NCBI GenBank assembly: GCA_902600225.1
Contig: CACKIH010000005.1
Location: 5,327-69,326, forward strand
Direction: 5' to 3'
DNA length: 64,000 bases
Source: an uncultured Alphaproteobacteria bacterium
Lineage (GTDB): Bacteria > Pseudomonadota > Alphaproteobacteria > HIMB59 > GCA-002718135
Shown piece by piece: positions 10,858 to 18,896 of this stretch. Position 1 is the stretch's first letter, and each line of letters begins with the position of its first letter. A program made the position numbers and the translations under genes. The notes under the pieces are model-generated. The model saw only the letters and a program-made list of their open reading frames with translations, did not search any database and was not told the origin of the DNA.

Positions 10858-11925
10858 ATGATTAGAATAATAACTTTTTTATCTACTTTTTTGGTAATTG
10901 CATTTGGTTCAGCATATGCAGAGCCTAAAAAAGTTGGATTTATATACATAGGTCCCCCAGGCGATCATGGTTGGACATATATGCATGATGTAGGTAGAAA
11001 ATATATGGAGAGCCAACTTGGTGACTCTATTACTACTACTTATCTTGAAAATATTCCTGAAAACGCAGATGCAGTGAGAGCAATCCGAAAACTAGCAGAC
11101 TCAGGGCATGATTTAATATTTACAACGTCTTTCAACTATATGGATCAGACACATGAAGTAGCTAAGGATTTTCCTGATATAAAATTTGAACATGCTACTG
11201 GGTATATCCAAGCAGATAACGTTGCTACGTATTCAGCTAGATTTTACGAAGGTAGAATGATTGAAGGGCATATTGCCGGTCATATGACTGAAACTAATAC
11301 TATTGGTTATATAGCTTCATTCCCTATTCCTGAAGTTGTAAGAGGAATTAATGCATTTTATTTAGCGGCTTCAAAAGTAAATCCAGATATCAAAATGAAA
11401 ATTATTTGGGTATTTACTTGGTACGACCCAGGTAAAGAAGCTGATGCAGCTAATACATTAATTAACCAAGGAGCTGACATAATTGTTCAGCATACTGATA
11501 CATATGCTCCTTGCCAAGCTGCTCAAAAAGCGGGTGTTTATGCATTTGGTCAAGCTTCAAACCAAGAAGAATTTTGTCCTGATGCACATTTAACTTCAAT
11601 TGAAGATATTTGGGGCCCTTACTATGCTGAAAGAGCAAAAGCTGTTGTGGACGGGACTTGGTCTTCTGGTGATACTTGGGATGGTATGGATAAAGGTATG
11701 GTTGTAATGTCACCATATAATACTAAACTTATGCCAGCAAGTTTAATTCAAGAAGCAGTAAATATGGAAGTTGGAATTAAAGATGGAACTATCCATCCTT
11801 TCACGGGTCCAATTTACAATCAAGCTGGTGAGCTTGTGGTTCCTGAAGGTGAAGTAGCGCCTGATGGAATGTTACTTGGAATGAACTTTTATGTTCAAGG
11901 TATTGACGGCGAAGTACCACAATAA
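10858..11925 (+). CDS. BMP-family (Med/PnrA-like) ABC substrate-binding protein, probable purine or nucleoside binder
   Basis: 355 aa with a signal peptide (MIRIITFLSTFLVIAFGSAYA). Noticeably less AT-biased codon usage than its neighbours. Strong SD (AGGTGAGG) 6 nt upstream, and a hairpin follows the gene. Confidence 0.85.
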   Translation: MIRIITFLSTFLVIAFGSAYAEPKKVGFIYIGPPGDHGWTYMHDVGRKYMESQLGDSITTTYLENIPENADAVRAIRKLADSGHDLIFTTSFNYMDQTHEVAKDFPDIKFEHATGYIQADNVATYSARFYEGRMIEGHIAGHMTETNTIGYIASFPIPEVVRGINAFYLAASKVNPDIKMKIIWVFTWYDPGKEADAANTLINQGADIIVQHTDTYAPCQAAQKAGVYAFGQASNQEEFCPDAHLTSIEDIWGPYYAERAKAVVDGTWSSGDTWDGMDKGMVVMSPYNTKLMPASLIQEAVNMEVGIKDGTIHPFTGPIYNQAGELVVPEGEVAPDGMLLGMNFYVQGIDGEVPQ

Positions 11926-11941
11926 TTAAAATTCTTATAAC

Positions 11942-11972
11942 CCTCTCTCTTTTAAAGGGAGAGGTTTAATTC
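11942..11972 (+). terminator. rho-independent terminator-like hairpin after the binding-protein gene
   Basis: CCTCTCTC (11942-11949) pairs with GGGAGAGG (11957-11964). That is 8 bp including one G-U, with a 7 nt loop TTTTAAA, followed by TTTAATTCTT. It is one of the very few GC-containing hairpins I saw in the window. Confidence 0.5.
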
Positions 11973-11992
11973 TTAATTTCAAAGGAAGATTT

Positions 11993-12496
11993 ATGTCTGA
12001 TTTACACATTAGTTGGGACGAATATAGAAGTAAAACAGAAGATTTAGCAAAACAAATTCATAAGGATGGATGGCAATTTAATCAGGTTGTATGCATTGCA
12101 AAAGGAGGTATGAGAGTAGGGGATGTAATGGCAAGAATATTCGATGTTCCTTTAGCAATTCTTTCTGTTGAATCATATAAAGGTGAGGGAGTAAAAAATA
12201 AAAGAGGTGCAATCACATTTTCTAGAGATTTAGCAAAAACAAGCCCTAACATTGGATCAAAAGTTTTAATAGTAGATGATTTAGCAGACTCAGGAATTAC
12301 TCTTAAAAAAAGTATTGATTGGTTAAATCATACTTATGGTTTTTATATAGATGAACCAATAAGAACTGGAGTTTTGTTTTATAAGTCAGTATCTTCGTTT
12401 AAACCAAATTATTATGTTGATTATTTAGAAGATTCTCCTTGGATACATATGCCTTATGAGGTTTATGAAACTATGAAACCAGAAGAACTTGGTTAA
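11993..12496 (+). CDS. type I phosphoribosyltransferase, xanthine-guanine PRTase-like
   Basis: 167 aa. PRPP-binding loop VLIVDDLADSGITL, and overall layout like the small Gpt family. Lies at the end of the purine cluster. Confidence 0.6.
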   Translation: MSDLHISWDEYRSKTEDLAKQIHKDGWQFNQVVCIAKGGMRVGDVMARIFDVPLAILSVESYKGEGVKNKRGAITFSRDLAKTSPNIGSKVLIVDDLADSGITLKKSIDWLNHTYGFYIDEPIRTGVLFYKSVSSFKPNYYVDYLEDSPWIHMPYEVYETMKPEELG

Positions 12497-13170
12497 AAAA
12501 TTGAAGTAATTTCCTCAAACTTTTTCTTTTGTTTTGCAAACTTTGGAACTTTTACATCTTTATCTGGTCGTCCAACAATAAGTAAAACAAATGGTTTTTC
12601 ATTACTAGGTCTTTTCAAAATTTTGTTAAGGAATATCATTGGACTTGGCGTATGTGTTAACATTGCTAAACCAGAAAAATGCAAACAAGTAATTAATATA
12701 CCAGTAGCTATACCAACAGATTCTTTTACATAATAATTTTTAATTTTTTTATTTTTTGATACTGAAAATTTTTTTTCAAATATAGCTATTAAATAAGGTG
12801 CATTTTCAATAAATTTTTTATTTTCATCAGTTCCTAAGGGAGTTAACGCATCTAACCACTCTTGAGGAGCTTTGTACTTGTAAAATTTTTCTTCTTCTTT
12901 TTCTGCTTCTATTCTAATTTTCTTTTTTACGGTTTTATTTTTTATTACTACAAAATGCCAAGGTTGAAGATTTGCTCCACTTGGAGCTGATCCTGCAGAT
13001 AGAATTGCATTTTTAATGATATTTATATCGATTTTATCTTTTGAAAATTCGCGTATGCTTCTTCTCTCTTTAATATTATTATAAAAATTTTTAGAATTAA
13101 TTTTCATTTCTTTGATAGTTTGATTTGAAAATTTTAAATCTTCAGCTATGTATTTTTTAACTTTATGCAT
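12493..13170 (-). CDS. nitroreductase-superfamily flavoprotein, iodotyrosine deiodinase (IYD)-like
   Basis: 225 aa. RRSIREF...SAGSAPSGANLQPWHFVV...EAEKEEEKFY...PFVLLIVGRP aligns by eye along its length with my memory of animal IYD (RRSVRF...TAGTAPSGAHTEPWTFVV...EEEEEINY). Confidence 0.65.
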   Translation of the reverse strand: MHKVKKYIAEDLKFSNQTIKEMKINSKNFYNNIKERRSIREFSKDKIDINIIKNAILSAGSAPSGANLQPWHFVVIKNKTVKKKIRIEAEKEEEKFYKYKAPQEWLDALTPLGTDENKKFIENAPYLIAIFEKKFSVSKNKKIKNYYVKESVGIATGILITCLHFSGLAMLTHTPSPMIFLNKILKRPSNEKPFVLLIVGRPDKDVKVPKFAKQKKKFEEITSIF

Positions 13171-13353
13171 TGGTTTGTTATTATTATCGGGATACTATTA
13201 ATTTCTCTATCAATTAGTAATCCTCTATATAAACTAATTATAAAAAAACGAATAAGATTTAATCTTTTCATTGAAATACTGTTTAGGATAATACTGTTTT
13301 TAATTAGTATAATTATTATTTTTCTAGGTTTGTATTTAGAGAGTATTTCTTAA
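13165..13353 (+). CDS. hypothetical small membrane protein (62 aa)
   Basis: Two hydrophobic segments. It exactly fills the gap between two minus-strand genes and overlaps both ends. No family recognised, and it may be spurious. Confidence 0.3.
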   Translation: MHWFVIIIGILLISLSISNPLYKLIIKKRIRFNLFIEILFRIILFLISIIIIFLGLYLESIS

Positions 13354-13682
13354 TATCTTCTTATATTTCTATCTATTAATGCAGCCCATGCATCTATTCC
13401 TCCAAGTACATTAACACAATGATTATAACCTTGTGCTTTAAGCCATTTACATACAGCTTGGCTTCTTGTTCCGGTATGACACATTACAAAAATATTTTTT
13501 TTCTTATCTAATTCGGTGTATCTTTTAGCAATCTCTGAAAGTTTCATGTGTATTGTGCCTTTAATATGGGCATGATCTCTCTCAGTATCTTCTCTTACAT
13601 CTATAATTTGAATTTTTTTGTCATCTTGCTTTAGCTCATTTAATTGATGAACTGTAATTTCACTGCTACTGTAAAGATCCAT
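13350..13682 (-). CDS. single-domain rhodanese (sulfurtransferase)
   Basis: 110 aa with an intact active-site loop CHTGTRS. Confidence 0.85.
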   Translation of the reverse strand: MDLYSSSEITVHQLNELKQDDKKIQIIDVREDTERDHAHIKGTIHMKLSEIAKRYTELDKKKNIFVMCHTGTRSQAVCKWLKAQGYNHCVNVLGGIDAWAALIDRNIRRY

Positions 13683-13791
13683 TAGATTATCTTATTATAA
13701 ATACCATTAGATTTCTACTATTTTAAATAAAATTAATTTTGAAAATTAAATTTGTTATTTCTAAGTTTTTAATGTAAGAGCGCATATCATT

Positions 13792-14091
13792 ATGACGAAG
13801 AAAATAACTTTTTCAGCTTTTGGTAGAGATTCATATTATCACAGAGATTGGTTCAAAAAAAATGGTTTCAAATTCGATAGAAGTGCTAGAAAATGGACTG
13901 TAGAAAATTTACCAATAGATAATGCAGAAGAATTTGCCAGTTATTGTAGGAAATACGGTTTAACATTTGAAAGATCTGATAGAATGATTACAGAATTTGA
14001 TTACGCAGATTATCTCTGGGATGGAAGAAGAGATGAATTTATGAAACCTTCTGAAAATATTGAAATTCCACAACCAAAAAATAAAATCTAA
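13792..14091 (+). CDS. hypothetical soluble protein (99 aa)
   Basis: Charged, aromatic-rich ORF with no family recognised. The segment WFKKNGFKFDRSARKWTV vaguely recalls small K-x-G-x-x-W/F-D...W-x-V modules. Preceded by a 109 nt spacer. Confidence 0.5.
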   Translation: MTKKITFSAFGRDSYYHRDWFKKNGFKFDRSARKWTVENLPIDNAEEFASYCRKYGLTFERSDRMITEFDYADYLWDGRRDEFMKPSENIEIPQPKNKI

Positions 14092-14094
14092 TTT

Positions 14095-15012
14095 TTGTTT
14101 AATAAATTATTATCAAATAATTTAATACTTCTTATAATTTTAGCTGCAATTTGGGGATCTTCTTTTTTTGTTATTAAAATTTGTTTGTCTAGTTTTACAC
14201 CTACAAGTATTGCTTCCTTAAGATTAATTATAGCGTCAATTTTCTTAATTATTTTATATTATTCATATAACAATCATCCTAAATTAAATCTCGATTTAGT
14301 TTTAATTCTTTCTTTTATTGGCATTACTGGAAATTTTTTACCATTCTATCTGATTAGTTGGGCTGAACAATACCTTCCTTCTTCTACTGCAGGTTTATTA
14401 ATGTCGGTTGGTCCCTTAATAACATTACTAATGTCTCATATTTTAACTTCAGACGATAAGTTTACTTGGATTAAATTTTTATCAATTATTATAGGTTTTG
14501 TAGGTATTATTTTTATTTTAGATATAAGTAAATTTAATTTTCAAGATGAAAACTATATTAGTACTTTAGCAAAAATTTTTGTGATTATAGCTGCATTTGG
14601 CTATATGATTTCAAATATTGCTGCTTATAATAAATTGAAGAAATTAAGCCCTATTTCGATTACTACTTTTGCTACATTATTTGGAGCGATAATATCATTA
14701 CCTTTTTTATTCTATGATTTTATTAATTATGAGAATAATATTAATATGATATCTTTAATTTCTATTATTTATTTAGGTGTTTTTCCAACAGCTATTGCAT
14801 TTCATATGCGCTATCATATAGTTAAACAATCTGGTCCGGTTTTCTTGTCTTATGTTGCCTATTTAATTCCTGTTTTTGCATTAATATGGGGATTCATATT
14901 TCTTTCTGAAAAAATAGTATTTAGTTCTGTAGTTGGAATTATTCTAGTTTTTATTGGTCTGTTTGTTGGGCAAAAAAGATCAATGAGTAAAATATCCGTA
15001 AAAAACATATAA
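14095..15012 (+). CDS. EamA/DMT-family transporter
   Basis: 305 aa with about 10 TM segments in two EamA-like halves. TTG start 3 nt after the previous stop. Confidence 0.85.
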   Translation: MFNKLLSNNLILLIILAAIWGSSFFVIKICLSSFTPTSIASLRLIIASIFLIILYYSYNNHPKLNLDLVLILSFIGITGNFLPFYLISWAEQYLPSSTAGLLMSVGPLITLLMSHILTSDDKFTWIKFLSIIIGFVGIIFILDISKFNFQDENYISTLAKIFVIIAAFGYMISNIAAYNKLKKLSPISITTFATLFGAIISLPFLFYDFINYENNINMISLISIIYLGVFPTAIAFHMRYHIVKQSGPVFLSYVAYLIPVFALIWGFIFLSEKIVFSSVVGIILVFIGLFVGQKRSMSKISVKNI

Positions 15013-15110
15013 TACTAATAAAACAGCAATAAAAATAGACACATTTTTGAAGTTAAAGTATTTCATTTATGGTTGAAATTTAATTTTTTATAGTCCAATA
15101 TACTTTTATT

Positions 15111-16475
15111 ATGAGCGACTCAATTAAATACTTACTTGAAGAAAATAAAGCACCAAAGTTTTGGTATAATATTAATGCAGACTTACCAAGTCCACCACCA
15201 CCACCATTACACCCTGGAACTAAACAACCAGCAGGTCCTGATGACTTTGCTCCTTTATTTCCAATGAGTTTAATTATGCAAGAAGTATCTACTGAAAGAG
15301 AAATAGAAATTCCTGAACCAGTAAGAGAAGTATACAAACAATGGAGACCTTCTCCTTTATTTAGAGCAAGAAGATTAGAAAAGTTTTTAGATACACCAGC
15401 TAAAATTTATTATAAATATGAAGGTGTTAGTCCTACCGGAAGTCACAAACCAAATACTGCAGTCCCACAAGCATTTTTTAATAAGGAAGAAGGAATAAGT
15501 AAAATTTTTACTGAAACGGGCGCAGGTCAGTGGGGAAGTTCACTAGCTTTTGCAGGCCAAATCTTTGGTATAGATATAGAAGTTTTCATGGTTAAGGTTA
15601 GTTTTGATCATAAACCTTACAGAAAATTAATGATGCAATCATTCGGTGCTAACTGTCACGCTAGTCCATCTAATTTAACTGACTTCGGTAACAAGTTATT
15701 ATCAGAAAATCCTGATAACCCTGGTAGTTTGGGAATAGCTATATCAGAAGCAATAGAAGCAACTGTTAAAAGTGGAGGTAAAGCAAAATACTCACTTGGA
15801 AGTGTTTTAGGCCACGTTCTAATGCATCAAACTATAAATGGTAATGAAGCTATTATGCAAATGGAGATGGCTGGAGATTATCCTGATATTATTGTTGGCT
15901 GTACAGGTGGTGGGAGTAATCTTTCTGGATTAATGTTCCCATTCTTAGGACAACAATTAAGAGGTGGTCAGAAAATTGATATAATTGGTTGTGAGCCTGC
16001 ATCATGTCCATCATTTACGAAAGGTAAGTATGCATATGATCATGGTGATATGGCAAAAATGACTCCATTAATTAAAATGCATACTCTTGGATCTGATTTC
16101 TTACCGCCGGCTAATCACTCTGGTGGATTAAGATACCATGGCATGTCTTATCATTTAAGCCACTTATATGAGTTAGGTCTGATGAGAGCAAAGGCTTACG
16201 GTCAAAAAGATTGTTTTGAAGCTGGTTTAACTTTTGCAAAACAAGAAGGAATTATTCCTGCTCCAGAAGGAAACCATGCAATCAAAGGTGCTATTGATGC
16301 GGCTTTAGAATGTAAAGAAAAAGGTGAGTCAAAAACTATTCTCTTTAATTTATGTGGCCATGGATATTTTGATATGTCAGCTTATGATGATTATCTAAAT
16401 GGATCAATGGCTGATGATGTTATTGATGATGATGGAATAGGTAAATCTATTTCTCAAATACCAGAAGTAGCGTAA
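15111..16475 (+). CDS. trpB2: TrpB2-type tryptophan synthase beta-like PLP enzyme
   Basis: 454 aa with the long N-terminal extension typical of TrpB2 (WYNINADLPSPPPPPLHPG), the PLP lysine region (GSHKPNTA) and GCTGGGSN. Confidence 0.85.
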   Translation: MSDSIKYLLEENKAPKFWYNINADLPSPPPPPLHPGTKQPAGPDDFAPLFPMSLIMQEVSTEREIEIPEPVREVYKQWRPSPLFRARRLEKFLDTPAKIYYKYEGVSPTGSHKPNTAVPQAFFNKEEGISKIFTETGAGQWGSSLAFAGQIFGIDIEVFMVKVSFDHKPYRKLMMQSFGANCHASPSNLTDFGNKLLSENPDNPGSLGIAISEAIEATVKSGGKAKYSLGSVLGHVLMHQTINGNEAIMQMEMAGDYPDIIVGCTGGGSNLSGLMFPFLGQQLRGGQKIDIIGCEPASCPSFTKGKYAYDHGDMAKMTPLIKMHTLGSDFLPPANHSGGLRYHGMSYHLSHLYELGLMRAKAYGQKDCFEAGLTFAKQEGIIPAPEGNHAIKGAIDAALECKEKGESKTILFNLCGHGYFDMSAYDDYLNGSMADDVIDDDGIGKSISQIPEVA

Positions 16476-16521
16476 TTTAAGTTTAAATTTTTTTTTATTT
16501 AATTAAAGGTGTTTCTTTATT

Positions 16522-17736
16522 ATGGTTGAAATTAAACCTTTTAAAGGAACACGTCCTTACAACGAAGATGCAAAAAATTTAATTGCTCCCTCTACTGATC
16601 ATTTAAGTATTGAAAATATAGAAATATTTAAAAAAAATAATTATTGGAATTATTTAAAAATTTTGAATCCTGTTGGGCAATTAAAAGAAGCAGATACTCT
16701 CTTAGAAGCTAAATCACATTTTAATGAAATGAAAGAAAATGACGTAATTAAAAAAGATAAAAAATTATTTTATTACATTTATCAAATTGAATTTAAAGGC
16801 CATACTCAACTAGGTTTTTTATCTCTTTCTAAAATATCAGATTTCGTTGATGAAAAAATTAAAGCACATGAAAAAATTTATGAAACAAGGATGAGAGAAA
16901 GAGCAGAGCAAATGTTAAATATAAAAACACAAATTGGTCCTATTTATGTGGTATATAAAAAAAACAATAAGATAAGAAATTTATTATCCTCTATAATATC
17001 AAATACTCCAAATTATGATTTTGAAAGTTTTGATAAATCTATTCATAAACTTTGGTGTGTCTCTGATGAATCTTTCATTAAAAAACTGTCATCTATTTTT
17101 TTAAATGAGGTAGATAATTTTTATATTGCCGATGGACATCATAGAATGGGTGCAATGAAAATTATTGGTGAATTAAATTATAATAAAAATATTTTACAGG
17201 AAGATTTTATGATAGCGGCGTTTCCAAGTGATGAAGCTAAAATATTTGATTATAATAGAGTTGTTAAAGATTTAAATGGTTTGAGTGAAGAAAATTTTTT
17301 AAACATTCTTTCTGAAAACTTCGAAATAAAAAAAGAAAAAAATCCCTTCAAACCTCAATCTAATAAACAATTTGGAATGTATCATGAAAAAAAGTGGTAT
17401 TCATTACATTTTAAAACTGAATTAAAAACTGATAATTTTGTTGATACGCTAGATATTAATATTTTAAATAATTTTATTTTCAAAAAACATTTAAATATAT
17501 CTGATGTTAATAATGATGAAAGAATAAGATTTATTGCCGGATGTCATGGATTGGAAGCTTTAGAAAAAAAAGTTGATGAAAATAATGACAGTGTGGCATT
17601 TTCTATCTTCCCATCTTCAATAAGTGATGTTATTACAGTCGCAAATAAAAATTTGACTATGCCTCCTAAATCAACATGGTTTGATCCAAAACCTTTAGAT
17701 GGTTTAGTAGTTTATGAGTTTGAAAAAAATGTATGA
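16522..17736 (+). CDS. DUF1015-family protein
   Basis: 404 aa with the YIADGHHRM motif as remembered for DUF1015. Overlaps serC by 4 nt. Confidence 0.8.
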   Translation: MVEIKPFKGTRPYNEDAKNLIAPSTDHLSIENIEIFKKNNYWNYLKILNPVGQLKEADTLLEAKSHFNEMKENDVIKKDKKLFYYIYQIEFKGHTQLGFLSLSKISDFVDEKIKAHEKIYETRMRERAEQMLNIKTQIGPIYVVYKKNNKIRNLLSSIISNTPNYDFESFDKSIHKLWCVSDESFIKKLSSIFLNEVDNFYIADGHHRMGAMKIIGELNYNKNILQEDFMIAAFPSDEAKIFDYNRVVKDLNGLSEENFLNILSENFEIKKEKNPFKPQSNKQFGMYHEKKWYSLHFKTELKTDNFVDTLDINILNNFIFKKHLNISDVNNDERIRFIAGCHGLEALEKKVDENNDSVAFSIFPSSISDVITVANKNLTMPPKSTWFDPKPLDGLVVYEFEKNV

Positions 17737-18896
17737 ATAAACCTAATACTAAACCTAACAATCCAAACTTTTCAAGTGGACCAACCTCAAAAAGACCAGG
17801 CTGGGATATATCTGTTTTGAGTAATGCTTTAACTGGTAGATCTCACAGATCTGTTGAATGTAAAGCAAGATTAAAAGAAGCCATAGATAAATCTAAAGAT
17901 ATTCTTAAATTACCTGATGATTATTTATTAGGTATAATGCCTGGATCAAATACTGGTGCTTTAGAAGCTGCTATGTGGTGCCTATTAGGTAAAACGGGAG
18001 TCGATATTCTTGCATGGGAAAATTTTGGAAAAGATTGGGTAATCGATGCAATCAGCGAATTAAAATTAGATAATTTAAATATTCATGAAGAAGATTATGG
18101 GAAACTACCTGACCTAAGCAAAGTCAATTTTGATAATGACGTTATTTTTACTTGGAATGGAACAACATCTGGTGTCAAAGTTCCAAATGGAGATTGGATA
18201 CCTGATGACAGAAAAGGCCTAACCATTTGTGATGCTACTTCGGCAATCTTTGGTATGCATATAGATTATAATAAATGTGATGTTATAACTTGGTCTTGGC
18301 AAAAAATACTTGGAGGAGAAGCCGCTCACGGAATGATAGCAATTTCTCCACGCGTTGTTGAAAGATTAGAAAGTTTTACACCTAGTTGGCCAGTACCAAA
18401 ATTATTTAGATTAGCTGAAAAGCAAAAATTAATAAAAGGTATTTTTGAAGGAAACACAATTAATACACCGTCAATGATATGCGTTGAAGATATAATAGAT
18501 TCATTAAATTGGGTTTCTTCTCAAGGAGGATTAAATTCATTAATTTCTAAATCCCAGAATTCTTTACAAAAAATTAGAGAATGGATTAATGAGAGAGATT
18601 GGGTCACCTTTTTATCTGAAATTGAAGATGATAATTATATCTCAAACACTGGAATAACTTTTAAAATTATTGAAGATTGGTTTACTAATAAAGATGAAAG
18701 CAGTCAAAGAGCTGTAATGGCTGATATATGTAAATTACTTTCTGAAAATAATGTTGGATTTGATTGCAATGGATATCCCAAAGCACCACCTTCTTTTAGA
18801 ATATGGGCTGGAGGTACGGTTCAAACTTCAGATGTAGAATTAGTTTTACCTTGGATTGATTGGGCTTATTCGGAAATCAAATCTAAACATGCCTAA
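17733..18896 (+). CDS. serC: phosphoserine aminotransferase (long alphaproteobacterial/archaeal type)
   Basis: 387 aa class V aminotransferase-like (NPNFSSGPTSKRPGW..., WSWQKILGGE). Adjacent to serA. Confidence 0.8.
   Translation: MNKPNTKPNNPNFSSGPTSKRPGWDISVLSNALTGRSHRSVECKARLKEAIDKSKDILKLPDDYLLGIMPGSNTGALEAAMWCLLGKTGVDILAWENFGKDWVIDAISELKLDNLNIHEEDYGKLPDLSKVNFDNDVIFTWNGTTSGVKVPNGDWIPDDRKGLTICDATSAIFGMHIDYNKCDVITWSWQKILGGEAAHGMIAISPRVVERLESFTPSWPVPKLFRLAEKQKLIKGIFEGNTINTPSMICVEDIIDSLNWVSSQGGLNSLISKSQNSLQKIREWINERDWVTFLSEIEDDNYISNTGITFKIIEDWFTNKDESSQRAVMADICKLLSENNVGFDCNGYPKAPPSFRIWAGGTVQTSDVELVLPWIDWAYSEIKSKHA

Noticed and set aside
15192-15206. (CCA)5 trinucleotide repeat
   Set aside because: It is in frame and encodes the PPPPP of the Pro-rich N-terminal segment that TrpB2 proteins generally have (LP-x-P-x-PPP). 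It is a coding feature, not a microsatellite or slippage site of evident function. It may merely imply EF-P dependence.
16474-16497. AATTTAA-GT-TTAAATT inverted repeat followed by a T-run after trpB2 (possible terminator/attenuator inside the trpB2-DUF1015 string)
   Set aside because: The stem is entirely A-T and the loop would be only 2 nt. The realistic structure (5 bp A-T stem) is too weak to call a terminator.
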